IMG/VR virus record: IMGVR_UViG_3300023202_000142
Location: 121,325-185,324 of that record
DNA: 64,000 nucleotides
Source: a virus
Direction: 5' to 3' (one strand)
Shown piece by piece: positions 25,246 through 35,314 of the stretch; the first letter of the stretch is position 1, and the number at the start of each line of letters is the position of its first letter. Made by a program: the position numbers and the translations under genes. The notes beneath the pieces were generated by a model. The model did no database searches and was not told where the DNA came from. It worked only from the letters and a program-made list of their open reading frames with translations.

Positions 25246-28047
25246 GTGGCTGAGTACGGTTTCGGCTACGGGCCCTTCGGGGCGGGGCCTTTCGGGCGCG
25301 CGCATACGTCAAAGGATGCGTTGTGGCGTCGCTCGATCCCTCTGCGTGAGAAGCAGGATGACGCCGAGAATGACAACCATCTGGAGCGGTATCTCGAAGT
25401 AGCGGCTGAGGCACTGGATCGTATCCTGGAGACCGCCTGGGGGTTTCCCGAGCAGATCGACCCTGTAACTGCCCGATCTGGTCAGGAGTACTCAGAAAGC
25501 TTGACGCTCATCGACATTGAAGATCTCGGAGCCGGTGTGGTGCGTGTGACGGTCGACCCGTCACAGACCGAGATCGTCGAGATCATGTTCGGGGCTTCGA
25601 CGGATCCTGATACCGATAACCTCAGACAGGACGGCTGGGTCGCCTCGGTTGATGGTTTTGACATCTTCCAGATCTCCAGGGTCAGGGCCTACGATGAGGA
25701 GTCCGACCCCGTAGGTGCGGCAACATTGGATGTCGTGACGAATCGCGAGATCACGTCGCCGCTGGAGGTCAGGCCGCCGGACATCCTGTTTCGGCTGGCG
25801 TCGAACTTCGCTCCGACTGTCGATCGCGCTGACCCGCCGGATTACTCTCGGCGCGCCCTGTATCGGCACCGGCTGATCCGCGACCTCAAGGTCTCGACGC
25901 GTCTTTTCGAGTTGCTTGGTGCGATCTATGGCTTCGACGTCGAGGTCAGCGGCCTCTATTGCATCTCGGAAGCCTGGTACAACGCGCTGCTCGAAACGGA
26001 TCCGTTGAATGCGTTTGAGCTGCCAGAGGGGTCTGGCAAGTACTTCACTGACATTCCGCTCTTCGGCCACCTCTACGACCAGGTGCCTGCCGATGTCATT
26101 CCGGCTGATCTGCAGACGGACGCAGATTTTGCCATTGAGATTGGCCCTGCGGTAGAGGTCTCCGAGAACCGCTGGTGCTTCCAGGTAACCCCCGATGAAC
26201 TAGATCGGGTGTTGGCACTGGGCTTCTGGCAGATCGTCGATGCTGATGGCGTCGCGCATTATATCGAGGAGGTCAACCTATCGGAGCCGGTGACGGCCGA
26301 AGATACCGGGGTCGTGTCGACTGGGAGCAGGGGCCCGTACTCGCTTGTGGCTGACCGACCGCCGATGAGCGCGGGATCGCTGGTCGTGACGTGGACCGAC
26401 AAGGATCTAGTCACGAGGACAGCGACAGACGACGGAGTTGGCGCGCTGACGGGGGATGGGACGGGCACCGTCGACTACACGACCGGCGATATCGAGATCA
26501 CCACAGACGAGTTCACGGACGGTGGTACGCCGTCTGACTGGATTCCATCTGACAGCCCGATTGCGGGGCTTCCCTGGAATGACGCCTATGTGGTGGAGCC
26601 GGCCTCGACCGCCAACCCCAAGGGCGGCTCTGGCGCCTTTGACCCCGATGAGCCGTTTGTCGGGTGGATGGCTGGTGATGATGGGTATTTGGCTTTCACG
26701 GTGGATGGCGGCCAGACATGGGAAACCGACCCGGACTTTCCCTTCACCGAGGACGAACTGAACGGCGTCGACGGCGATTTCGACACCACGGCGGGGTCAG
26801 ACGTCACAGTCTGGGTTGTTGGCGAAGACAGGCTCAGCCAGGCCCTCCCTGGGGGCGTCTGGTATTGGTCTTATGACAATGAGGTGTGGACGGAGGTTAC
26901 GCATTCGGTTCCTTCTGGTTGGCGTGATGTCGCGGCCTTCGACGGGAGTAGCGGGGTTCTGTCGATTCTCGCCGTTGGGTACGGCGGTGAGATGGCGTAT
27001 TACGACGGCACCACGATGTTGGCTACGGGGGCAGGAACCACAGCTAATGACCTCAATGCCGCGTCCATGGAGGACTCCGCGGCGCACCAGACGTTTGTTG
27101 TTGGTGACTCTGGCACCCTTCTGGAGGTCACCGCATGGGGTACTGTGGGGGACTTCGCAACGGCGACATGGACGGACCAGTCGTCGGCGCTAGGCGGTGG
27201 TATCGCTGATGACCTTCGTGACATCTCGTTTCTGACGACTGATGCGGCAAAGGGCATCCTTGTCGGCGACAATAGTCAGGTCTGGATTACAACGGACAAC
27301 GGCGCGACCTGGTCTTCGGTTGCAACGGGGTTTTCGAAGGATTGGGTCGCGTGCTTCTGGCAGGGCGCGACGGCCGGTGATTTCATTGTTCTTGCTGCAG
27401 ATGACGGTACAGTCATTGTGTCCGTCGACCAGGGTTCGAGTTGGTCGACCTCAGACATTCCCGTGTTTGGGGACACCCTGATCGGGGGCGCCGTTAAGGA
27501 CATTGTCAATGGCACCGCGCACCCCTACGGCGTTCTGGTCGGGTCCAATGGGACGACCTGGTATTACGCCGAGGATGGCAGGATCCCGGTGGCTGATTCT
27601 GGGAGTCCCTTTCTGCTCGACTACACGATCGACGAGGTCTGTGTCATCTCCGATGGGGCTCCTGTTGCGGGGTCGGGTTTCCTGCGGGCTCAGGCCCAGT
27701 TCTTATGCAACAGGGATTATCGGCCCGCGGCGGTGTATCGCATTGTCGCTGAGCCCGATGAGGTGCTCACCGAACCTGGCGCCGTTGTTACGAACCTCGT
27801 TGACCGCATCGAGGAGAAGCTGCGACTCTATGTGCCGATTCACATCCGGCTTACCGAGTTCGTCGTGTTCCAGGTCGCGACAGTGGATCTGTTCGGAGAC
27901 AGTTTCTCGCTCAGCGGTGAGGATTTCATCCTGGATGAGGCCGAGGCGGATGCGATTGGTGGAACTAGATTTGATACGACGCCGGCAGATGTTGAGCCGC
28001 TGGACGAAGGCGCATTCTTCCTCGAAGGTACGTTGACGATTACGTAG
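25246..28047 (+). CDS. baseplate wedge (gp7/gpI-like) protein with BNR/Ycf48-type beta-propeller insertion
   Basis: N-terminal YGFGYGPFG.GPFG; BNR repeats TVDGGQTW, TTDNGATW, SVDQGSSW; C-terminal YVPIHIRL. Confidence 0.7.
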   Translation: MAEYGFGYGPFGAGPFGRAHTSKDALWRRSIPLREKQDDAENDNHLERYLEVAAEALDRILETAWGFPEQIDPVTARSGQEYSESLTLIDIEDLGAGVVRVTVDPSQTEIVEIMFGASTDPDTDNLRQDGWVASVDGFDIFQISRVRAYDEESDPVGAATLDVVTNREITSPLEVRPPDILFRLASNFAPTVDRADPPDYSRRALYRHRLIRDLKVSTRLFELLGAIYGFDVEVSGLYCISEAWYNALLETDPLNAFELPEGSGKYFTDIPLFGHLYDQVPADVIPADLQTDADFAIEIGPAVEVSENRWCFQVTPDELDRVLALGFWQIVDADGVAHYIEEVNLSEPVTAEDTGVVSTGSRGPYSLVADRPPMSAGSLVVTWTDKDLVTRTATDDGVGALTGDGTGTVDYTTGDIEITTDEFTDGGTPSDWIPSDSPIAGLPWNDAYVVEPASTANPKGGSGAFDPDEPFVGWMAGDDGYLAFTVDGGQTWETDPDFPFTEDELNGVDGDFDTTAGSDVTVWVVGEDRLSQALPGGVWYWSYDNEVWTEVTHSVPSGWRDVAAFDGSSGVLSILAVGYGGEMAYYDGTTMLATGAGTTANDLNAASMEDSAAHQTFVVGDSGTLLEVTAWGTVGDFATATWTDQSSALGGGIADDLRDISFLTTDAAKGILVGDNSQVWITTDNGATWSSVATGFSKDWVACFWQGATAGDFIVLAADDGTVIVSVDQGSSWSTSDIPVFGDTLIGGAVKDIVNGTAHPYGVLVGSNGTTWYYAEDGRIPVADSGSPFLLDYTIDEVCVISDGAPVAGSGFLRAQAQFLCNRDYRPAAVYRIVAEPDEVLTEPGAVVTNLVDRIEEKLRLYVPIHIRLTEFVVFQVATVDLFGDSFSLSGEDFILDEAEADAIGGTRFDTTPADVEPLDEGAFFLEGTLTIT

Positions 28048-28099
28048 GCCGGTGATTCTGCACAGGCGCTGTGCTACAAAATGACGCGAAGGAGCATGG

Positions 28100-28615
28100 A
28101 TGGCACTGCGAGCTGCACTGACAGATCTGGGTAGAGAGTACCTGGCGCGTTTCATGGCGACGTATGACGACATCGCCGTCAATGATGGGTATCGCATCTT
28201 CCACTCCGTGAAGTGGGGTGAGGGTGGATTTCAGACAGTCTCAGGCATCGATGTTCCGAAGGATCCGAACCTGTTCGTGGCCAACACGGATCTGGAGATC
28301 ATTGAGAACCCCGGGCTGTACACGCCGTATGACTATGCTTCCGGCCTCATTCCGATCGATCTGACGACGGAGGTGATCTACACGGGCGGCGCGAACCAGA
28401 AGTTCAGGATCATTGCTCATCTCGATTCGTCAGAAGAAAATGACGATGGCTTCGGATCGAACCCGAGGTTCTTTGAGATCGGAATCTTCGATAACGCGCT
28501 CGCAACTGGTGTGGATGTCGCGGATCACATGATCGTGTACTGCACCTTCGATGGCTTTCTGAAAACGAACACTCGCACGATCGATGTCGCCATCGACGTG
28601 CCTATGGCTCCATGA
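28100..28615 (+). CDS. tail collar/fibre attachment protein (gpH N-terminal-like)
   Basis: ALTDLGREYLA, VKWGEGG, FFEIGIFD, MIVYCTF..FLKT. Confidence 0.7.
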   Translation: MALRAALTDLGREYLARFMATYDDIAVNDGYRIFHSVKWGEGGFQTVSGIDVPKDPNLFVANTDLEIIENPGLYTPYDYASGLIPIDLTTEVIYTGGANQKFRIIAHLDSSEENDDGFGSNPRFFEIGIFDNALATGVDVADHMIVYCTFDGFLKTNTRTIDVAIDVPMAP

Positions 28616-28622
28616 GGGACTC

Positions 28623-31526
28623 ATGACGATTCACGTAACGTCGGCGATCGACATCACCAAGGTGAAGACCAGGTGGGAGGAGCCTTATGTCTCTGAGGCG
28701 ATCGACAAGATGATGTCGGTGCTCGGAAAAGGGGTTCACCATGGTTTCAGAATGACGTCGGACGGCGGCCAGATCGTCCGTCTGAGCCATGACACCGAGT
28801 ACGGAGACTCCCTTGCCCTGATCCTCGACGAGAACCTCGGGCAGGCGTTTGAGTACCGCGAAGACACCGAGGCGACCCTGGACCTCACACCTGTTAGCGC
28901 GGGTACTCGCGCCTGGGTGTTCTTGTTCGTTGACTACAGCGTTGGTGTCGCGACAACCGCGGAGGTCAGGGTCGCTGATGCTGCGGAGCTGGCAAACCCC
29001 TGGGTCAACCAGGCCCTGCCCCTCGGGACCGTTCGAAAGCCGTCGGCGGGCGCAATTGGTGACGGCGATATCGATCATGGTTCCGGTGAATGGCTCGGTC
29101 TCGCCGGTGGGGATTCTTCACGCTGGGTTTCGGTTCATCAAAATGTCTATTTCGAGAAGGGCTTGGCCGGCTTTGAGTTGGGCGGAGCTGGTGTGTCCAG
29201 CTATCCGTTCGCTCAGGCGGACTATGTCACGATGGTGGGCGTCGGTGACTCTTATAAGGGTGATCGTGCCGCCAGGCTTGGGGATACTTCTGGTGCCCAG
29301 CCTTCGCCGGACACCGGCGAGCTAAGGATTGAGCTTCCACAGCTCCTGGAAAATGACATCGTATTCTGGCGGTTCAGAGCCAAGGCCGCTTCGGTCACCA
29401 ATGGGGGCATCCTCCGAGTAGCGCTGGGCGCTTACTTCGACGAGACGATTCTTGACGCTGATCTCGGCTCCTATGAGCAGTTCGGGTATGCCGTCGAGAT
29501 TACGTCGGATGCGGATGATCAGTCGCTGGACATCATCGCGGACCTCACCGCGGGCGTGACGGCGACCGGGCATTTCGACATCGATGAGGTCGAGGTCTAC
29601 ATTTTCCGGCCCACGGGGACTGTGGCTGCTGGCAACATGGACGTCGCAGGGCGATTCCTGATGGCTGATGCCGGCGGGTTCACCGCTCGTCTTGGGGCAG
29701 ACTTCGGTTCCTGGAACCTCTCAGACGCCAACGCGTCCTTCGATATCACGGATGCCGCTGATGGCGGCCGGTTCGCCGATATTCCGGTCGGAACCACGTT
29801 GTCGCTTGTCGCTGGACTGAATCACGCGCTGCGCGGAGGTGGGGCCGCTATGGACCTCATGCATCCTAAAGCGGTGTTTGAGGGTGGCGAGGTCACCGAT
29901 GGGACCAGTGGCGGTGCGAACGTCGATGTCTCGGCTCTCAAGGTTCGGACCGCTGCGTTGAGCCCCACCGTGGCTGGCGCTGTTGATCGCTACTACGAGC
30001 AGGATGCTGTAGTAGATCTTGCTCTCCCGGTCACATCTGGTGTCGAGGAGTTCTTCGTCACCTGGGACCCGAACGCAGAAGACTTCGTGGCCTACTTGAC
30101 GTCTGATGTGACGTTCAGCTCCAACGAGGATGTTGTGATCCTCGCATATGTCGAGCACGACGGTGGTACGGGGCTAAATACTCGAATCATCGAGATGCAG
30201 GACTTCATCACCGATCTGGAGCGCAAGACGCCCATCACCGTGGGCGCAAGTGCCAACGCTCGCTTCTCTTCGTTGGAGGGCGCGCTTCGGATGGCCGATC
30301 AGTCGGGCTTCACCGGTACGAAAGAGATCGTAGTCACCGGGACGACAACCCTCGGGACGTCTTCAGGGATTGAGAACGCACAGGCAACGATTCCAGTGCC
30401 GGACGGCATCGTGGTTCGGGGCGCCGGGGATGCGCGCGTCTCGGTATCCAGGACCTGGTATGACCCGACAGTCTCCCCGAAGGTCATTTTCGACCTTCCC
30501 GATGGTGGCGATGTCGTGTTCCGAGACCTTCTTTTCACGGTCGGGAATGGCACCGAGGGCGACATCGTCCTGTTCTCCAGCGCTGGTAACCCCAGGAAGG
30601 TGACGATCGCGAATGTTGAGGTCGAGATGACGGGCTCACAAGCTCTGTGGCGTGTCATCGACTGTGTGCCCACGCGGGCCCTCACGGTCCGGGACTGTTA
30701 TTTCCAGTGCCGGTCTAGCACTGTAGGCACTCAGGCTTCCGATGCCGATGCTGCGTGCATCTGGATCGAAAACACTGCTCCGAACGCAGAGCTTGCGATC
30801 CTCATCGACGGCTGCTCGTTCGGTGGTGACGATCTCGGTGACGGCTTCACGTCGAGCGCCCAGGCGCTTCACATCGTCAGTGACACCTTGGGCGCCGATA
30901 ACGTGACCACGATTCACATCACGAACACTCGTTTTCTGGAGGCCGATCTTCCGGTGGATCTCGACGGCCGGGTGATCATGGACAACGTGTTCTCGTTGGT
31001 TCCGATTCATATCGATGCGGACAGCCAGGACATCTCTGTGGGGAACGTCGTGATGGATCTCTCGGAGTACGAGGGCCGCGCTGCTGCCCCGTCGTCAGAA
31101 GCTTTCAAGATCAGCTTCGCGAATCGAGGCACTGTGGCGAACGTGTCAATCAACGCGCCCAACTCTCCGGTGTCCTGGCAGGGGCTGGACCTCCCTTCAT
31201 CCAGTGGATTAACGATCTCGAACATCAGCATCAAGCACGCGGACGGTGATGCGGTAGAGGTGTTCGGCTCGGAGAACGTTGTGAGGGGCCTGAACTGTGA
31301 GAGCACCGGTGCAGATGCAGGTCGCAGCGGGCTTTCCGGCACTGCATCGCGGCTCGTAGCGGTCGGTGGGTATTTCGATGGGTATGCCGCTGATGCGGCG
31401 ATCGACGCTTCGAACTTCACTGATTCCGTGATCTCCGAGATGGTGTTTCAGCAGGGTGGCGGAACGCCGCCCTACATCTCATCTATCGGGGCCAACCAGA
31501 CCGGCAACACCTACGAAGTGGCATAA
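28623..31526 (+). CDS. tail fibre/tailspike with carbohydrate-binding module and C-terminal parallel beta-helix
   Basis: GVHHGF N-terminal anchor; jelly-roll segment; FSSLEGAL followed by pectin-lyase-like repeats. Confidence 0.7.
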   Translation: MTIHVTSAIDITKVKTRWEEPYVSEAIDKMMSVLGKGVHHGFRMTSDGGQIVRLSHDTEYGDSLALILDENLGQAFEYREDTEATLDLTPVSAGTRAWVFLFVDYSVGVATTAEVRVADAAELANPWVNQALPLGTVRKPSAGAIGDGDIDHGSGEWLGLAGGDSSRWVSVHQNVYFEKGLAGFELGGAGVSSYPFAQADYVTMVGVGDSYKGDRAARLGDTSGAQPSPDTGELRIELPQLLENDIVFWRFRAKAASVTNGGILRVALGAYFDETILDADLGSYEQFGYAVEITSDADDQSLDIIADLTAGVTATGHFDIDEVEVYIFRPTGTVAAGNMDVAGRFLMADAGGFTARLGADFGSWNLSDANASFDITDAADGGRFADIPVGTTLSLVAGLNHALRGGGAAMDLMHPKAVFEGGEVTDGTSGGANVDVSALKVRTAALSPTVAGAVDRYYEQDAVVDLALPVTSGVEEFFVTWDPNAEDFVAYLTSDVTFSSNEDVVILAYVEHDGGTGLNTRIIEMQDFITDLERKTPITVGASANARFSSLEGALRMADQSGFTGTKEIVVTGTTTLGTSSGIENAQATIPVPDGIVVRGAGDARVSVSRTWYDPTVSPKVIFDLPDGGDVVFRDLLFTVGNGTEGDIVLFSSAGNPRKVTIANVEVEMTGSQALWRVIDCVPTRALTVRDCYFQCRSSTVGTQASDADAACIWIENTAPNAELAILIDGCSFGGDDLGDGFTSSAQALHIVSDTLGADNVTTIHITNTRFLEADLPVDLDGRVIMDNVFSLVPIHIDADSQDISVGNVVMDLSEYEGRAAAPSSEAFKISFANRGTVANVSINAPNSPVSWQGLDLPSSSGLTISNISIKHADGDAVEVFGSENVVRGLNCESTGADAGRSGLSGTASRLVAVGGYFDGYAADAAIDASNFTDSVISEMVFQQGGGTPPYISSIGANQTGNTYEVA

Positions 31527-31529
31527 CGG

Positions 31530-32369
31530 ATGGCAGATTTCCTCCAGTTCGCGACCGCGCCACCAGGCACGGACAACGATCTGGCGAGGATGTTTCTCAT
31601 CCCGCTGGACCCGAACTCCGGCGAGCGCCTTGTTGGTCCGCTCGGCGGTGTCCCCGGGATTCAGCCCGAGGATCTTCCGACGATCCAGTTGCAGTACTGG
31701 CCAGAGACCGTCACGTACACCCGTGGCGAGATCGGCTGGCAGCAGCGCAATGTGCCAGGGCTGTCCCATTCGCTGTACCAGTGGACCGGGAACGGCTCAC
31801 CGTCGTTGCAGTTCGAGTCCGTGTTCACGTCTGACCACGACCCAGCTTACACGCCGCTGGAGTCCGTGCTGCCGGACACCGATCAGGGAACGATTCGAGA
31901 CCTTGATCTCAATGAGGTGTCTGCCTGGTTCACTGCTGCCACAAACCCGCTGTATGCCGATGGCCCGACTGCAGACATCCCAGTGAACCCCCCGCCCGTG
32001 ATCCAACTGGTGCCGGAATCGAGGGCGCCCAACGTTTCTGAGTTGGCAGGGGTTCAGTCACTGAATCTGGGTCCCGCGGTGACATCGTCGGCAACCCGAA
32101 ACGCGAGGTCAGACTTTCCGATCGATGCGGGCCTCGGGTCAGCAAGTGAGATTGGCACTACCTTCTCGCAGATTGATCGAGATTTCTTCGGCATTATCAA
32201 GGACTACTCGGTTGTCTATGAGAAGTGGTGGCCGAGCGGCGCGCCGCGGATCATTCGTTGCAACATCACCCTCCACGAAGTGATTCAGCTTGGTGGCGAG
32301 ATCTTGCCTCATGGGCGTGATCGCAACATCAAGGTTTTCAAGACCTATCGCCTGATCGGTAACTCTTAG
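31530..32369 (+). CDS. tube initiator / CIS-tube-like baseplate protein (gp48/gp54-like)
   Basis: QLQYWPETVTY, VPGLS.SLYQW.GNG..SLQF, YEKWWPSGAPR..C.ITL.EV. Confidence 0.75.
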   Translation: MADFLQFATAPPGTDNDLARMFLIPLDPNSGERLVGPLGGVPGIQPEDLPTIQLQYWPETVTYTRGEIGWQQRNVPGLSHSLYQWTGNGSPSLQFESVFTSDHDPAYTPLESVLPDTDQGTIRDLDLNEVSAWFTAATNPLYADGPTADIPVNPPPVIQLVPESRAPNVSELAGVQSLNLGPAVTSSATRNARSDFPIDAGLGSASEIGTTFSQIDRDFFGIIKDYSVVYEKWWPSGAPRIIRCNITLHEVIQLGGEILPHGRDRNIKVFKTYRLIGNS

Positions 32370-32431
32370 GCACCATTCGTGGGGGTTACCGCGTTGTCTG
32401 GCTCTGCGATTGGCCTGACAATGGGGGGACA

Positions 32432-32881
32432 ATGTACCTCGCTGTAGTAGACATATCGACATTGACGCAATTGTTCGCGGAGCAGGGGCCCCTTGCGATT
32501 GTCGCGGTCATCCTGACGTTTCTCGTGACGAAGTTCGTTGACTTCGTTATCGACAGGCGCTCGAAGGCTGTAGATCAGAACCTTATCGAGGGCACAACGA
32601 TTCGTGCCGAGTTGCGCGAGGAGGTGGTGCAGCTCAAGCAGGACATCAAAGAACTGTCTGAGGAGGTCGACATTTGGCGGGAGAAGTATCTTGAGGTCCG
32701 GGATGACCTGGGGGTCACGAAGGTCACGCTGCACGCTGCGAGCGAAGAGTCGAGGATGTTGCGTCAAAAGTTGGTCGAGGTCGTCGAGGTCACGGAGGGC
32801 CAGGGCATTCACCTCGGCGTTTCTATTCGGCCGCTCATTGATTCAATCGAAGGCTCTATTGTGGATGGATCTGACAGTTGA
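32432..32881 (+). CDS. holin-like protein (N-terminal TM plus coiled coil)
   Basis: QGPLAIVAVILTFLV TM then coiled coil; close to endolysin. Confidence 0.5.
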   Translation: MYLAVVDISTLTQLFAEQGPLAIVAVILTFLVTKFVDFVIDRRSKAVDQNLIEGTTIRAELREEVVQLKQDIKELSEEVDIWREKYLEVRDDLGVTKVTLHAASEESRMLRQKLVEVVEVTEGQGIHLGVSIRPLIDSIEGSIVDGSDS

Positions 32882-32906
32882 CAGTGCTGATCGATGTGCA
32901 CATAAT
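32878..32906 (+). promoter_or_regulatory. sigma70-like promoter P1 (TTGACA-17-CATAAT) with GTGCTG..GTGCAC spacer
   Basis: Read directly; upstream of HTH gene. Confidence 0.85.
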
Positions 32907-32959
32907 GCACCAATCCGCAAGCCCCGGCGGAATTCTATACGACGCAGGAGAGTGTTCGA

Positions 32960-33235
32960 ATGAACTTTCACGGTATTGAGGAAGACCCGCTGCCGCCGAA
33001 GACTGTGTGGGCGGTCCGTAAGGCGATGGGTCTTTCGCAGGAAGCCTTCGGTGAAGAGGTCGGAGTGACGCGACGCACCGTCATTTCGTGGGAAAAGGAT
33101 CCACCGGACAACAAGTACGCCCGTGCGTGCACGGGGCCGGCAAGGATTCTGATCCAGAACCACGCCGCCAAGATCAAGGACATCGATCCCGAAATGCAAT
33201 CGCTCCTGCAGGAGCATGGGCTCCTTGCCGCCTGA
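32960..33235 (+). CDS. XRE/Cro-family helix-turn-helix transcriptional regulator
   Basis: VRKAMGLSQEAFGEEVGVTRRTVISWEK; AGGAG RBS. Confidence 0.9.
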   Translation: MNFHGIEEDPLPPKTVWAVRKAMGLSQEAFGEEVGVTRRTVISWEKDPPDNKYARACTGPARILIQNHAAKIKDIDPEMQSLLQEHGLLAA

Positions 33236-34370
33236 TCAGCCAGACATGGGACCACTCACCCCGCGGGAGGTCTTGAAGGGCTTTCTGAGGGCGCTGAAGC
33301 AGTCCTGGGGGCTATTACTTACACCGGACAAGCGTCCAGGGAAGGTTGACGTGTCTCAAGACGAGGTTCTTGAAGCTGTCGGTTGGAATCGCGCCAGACA
33401 CAGCCGGCGCGACACCATGCAGATCCAGAAGGCTCTTGATGTTGGCGTTGACGGGTTCTGGGGGGAGGAGACCGTTACTGCGGTGATGCAGTGGCAGTTC
33501 GATCACGACCTCAAGGTCGACGGGAAGGTCGGCTCCGAGACACTTCGGGCGCTGCAGGATGAACTGAACCCTGAGAAGGAATGGCGGGAACTCGATGACA
33601 TCGAGATCGATCTAATCATTGGTCGAACCGTTGAGGTCGAGGCGGGCTATCAGGGCGACCCCTACGCGGCCATGAACCTCGATGCCGAATATGAGGGTTG
33701 GTTTGACCGGCCGAAACGGGATGCCGAAGGCCGTCGTCTCCGGCCCGCTGAACGGGCTGAGCAGCCAGACCATCGCCCGCACAAGGCTTCGAGGTATGGT
33801 CCGCATGGTGGAATCCACATTGGGTTGAGTTGGGGCATCGTCCAGTTCACGCAGGACGGTGGCTCCCTGGGCCTCGTACTGAAGCGCGCGAACGAGATTT
33901 CCTCGAAGGATGTCACGTCGGTGTTTTGGCCCGATGAGACTGAACTGATTGACGTCTTGAATCGCTCCGGGGCCTCTGGCCTGAAGACGCTTGAGCGCCG
34001 GGGACCCAGAGTCCAGAAGGTCGGCGGCGAAGACCTCTGGAAGGATCCATGGCCCGCGAGATGGGAGGCGGCCTCAAGGCTGGAGACGTTTCGTCGTGCT
34101 CAGCGAGACGTCGCGAGGGCGTCCTACTTTGAGCCGGCCCTGGACATCGTGCGTGATTACGGCTTCACCGGCCAGGGGGCGCTTGCGGTTGCGTTCGACA
34201 TGTCAGTGCAATATGGCCCCGCTGGTGCCAGGAAGTACTTTCGTCGAGCTGGTGAGGGTGCGAGCATCGAGAACGTGATCGCGCAGATCGGAAACGAAAG
34301 ACTCCGTGCGCGTCGTCTGGAGGTGCTGGCGCACTCCGATGTCTGGGTACATTACGAGGATCTTGCATGA
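33216..34370 (+). CDS. endolysin: peptidoglycan-binding domain plus lysozyme-fold catalytic domain
   Basis: IQKALDVGVDGFWG.ET..AV..WQ..H.L.VDG.VG.ET; LSWGIVQFTQ..GSL; FDMSVQYG. Confidence 0.8.
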   Translation: MGSLPPDQPDMGPLTPREVLKGFLRALKQSWGLLLTPDKRPGKVDVSQDEVLEAVGWNRARHSRRDTMQIQKALDVGVDGFWGEETVTAVMQWQFDHDLKVDGKVGSETLRALQDELNPEKEWRELDDIEIDLIIGRTVEVEAGYQGDPYAAMNLDAEYEGWFDRPKRDAEGRRLRPAERAEQPDHRPHKASRYGPHGGIHIGLSWGIVQFTQDGGSLGLVLKRANEISSKDVTSVFWPDETELIDVLNRSGASGLKTLERRGPRVQKVGGEDLWKDPWPARWEAASRLETFRRAQRDVARASYFEPALDIVRDYGFTGQGALAVAFDMSVQYGPAGARKYFRRAGEGASIENVIAQIGNERLRARRLEVLAHSDVWVHYEDLA

Positions 34371-34579
34371 AGAGCGATGCGGCTGATTGGTTGATGCAGC
34401 GGACCCGTGAACTGGTTTGCGACCACGCTCGTGAGCAACTGGAGTCGGATCAGGTCCACCTTGCGGGTCTCGGGATGGAGAACCCCCTTCTGGACAGAAT
34501 GCTGGAACTTGACGATGTCGAGATGCTGCGTGAACTGGCAGCGGTTTCTGCATCGCCGCCGATCGAGGAGGAAGAGTGA
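34367..34579 (+). CDS. hypothetical protein
   Basis: ATGA-coupled 70 aa ORF. Confidence 0.5.
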   Translation: MKSDAADWLMQRTRELVCDHAREQLESDQVHLAGLGMENPLLDRMLELDDVEMLRELAAVSASPPIEEEE

Positions 34580-34824
34580 GCCTAATCGATCGAATCGATG
34601 CGATGCTGGAAGCGAATCCCTATCATGATCGTGGCGGTGAGTTCGTTAGTAAGGCCAAGGTCCGCGCTGGTACATATTCACTCGGACGTAAGCGACACAT
34701 CGTAAGACGCGACGGCGACAAGCTGAAGAAAGCTGTGGCTGATACTGGGTGTGGGCGCGATGCTCGACGCGATGACGGCGATGTCAGGTGTTGGGACAAC
34801 GAGGTCAAGGACGATACCGAATGA
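34576..34824 (+). CDS. small protein with putative head-targeting leader and NPYHD..G.F motif
   Basis: MSLIDRIDAMLE|ANPYHDRGGEF; GGAGG RBS. Confidence 0.6.
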   Translation: MSLIDRIDAMLEANPYHDRGGEFVSKAKVRAGTYSLGRKRHIVRRDGDKLKKAVADTGCGRDARRDDGDVRCWDNEVKDDTE

Positions 34825-35042
34825 TCTACGCTGTGGGAGCTATCTGTTTCATCGTGGGGGTGCTTGCATCATGGTTGGCGCTCAGGGCTCGTTACGACGC
34901 CGACAGGGCAACTGTGTGGGTCGAACCCGCAGAAGAGGGGGTCGTGTTTCGATCTTTCGATGCTGACGCCGTAGAGCGCATCAAGCAGGCTCTTGACGGC
35001 GAGCGGTCCTACACCGTCATGCGTGTCACCCGGCCTGAGTGA
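34821..35042 (+). CDS. small single-TM membrane protein
   Basis: ATGA coupling; N-terminal hydrophobic helix. Confidence 0.55.
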   Translation: MIYAVGAICFIVGVLASWLALRARYDADRATVWVEPAEEGVVFRSFDADAVERIKQALDGERSYTVMRVTRPE

Positions 35043-35089
35043 TTGCATCGTTGGCTGAGTTGGACGAGACTACGCCGTAGGAGGAATTT

Positions 35090-35314
35090 GTGGCGATCTT
35101 TGTTCATCGAGCCTACGACCCGGCCGGGGAAGAGTACGTGTATTGGCGTGCCGAAGAGCTAGACCTGGACGGCACCTTCTATGCGGGTGCGCCAAGCTTC
35201 AACACCCTTGAGAATCCCGTCCTTATCCGTCGAATCCTCTCTGGGGTTGAGAATTCCTATGTGTACGAGCCTGTAACGCCAGGCACCTTGGTCGACCTCG
35301 AAGAGGTCTCCTGA
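35090..35314 (+). CDS. small virion protein homologous to N-terminus of next gene
   Basis: AGGAGG RBS; F+.R.+.P..W..E..G.FY.G.P.F..L shared with 35314 protein. Confidence 0.65.
   Translation: MAIFVHRAYDPAGEEYVYWRAEELDLDGTFYAGAPSFNTLENPVLIRRILSGVENSYVYEPVTPGTLVDLEEVS

Noticed and set aside
28058-28083. GCACAG-GCG-CTGTGC palindrome before the collar gene as a regulon member
   Set aside because: No TTGAC and only a partial match; may be a late promoter or hairpin but is unsupported
7749-32369. Extracellular contractile injection system or tailocin
   Set aside because: Long tape measure, lysis genes, SSB, tRNA and early promoters point to a true phage
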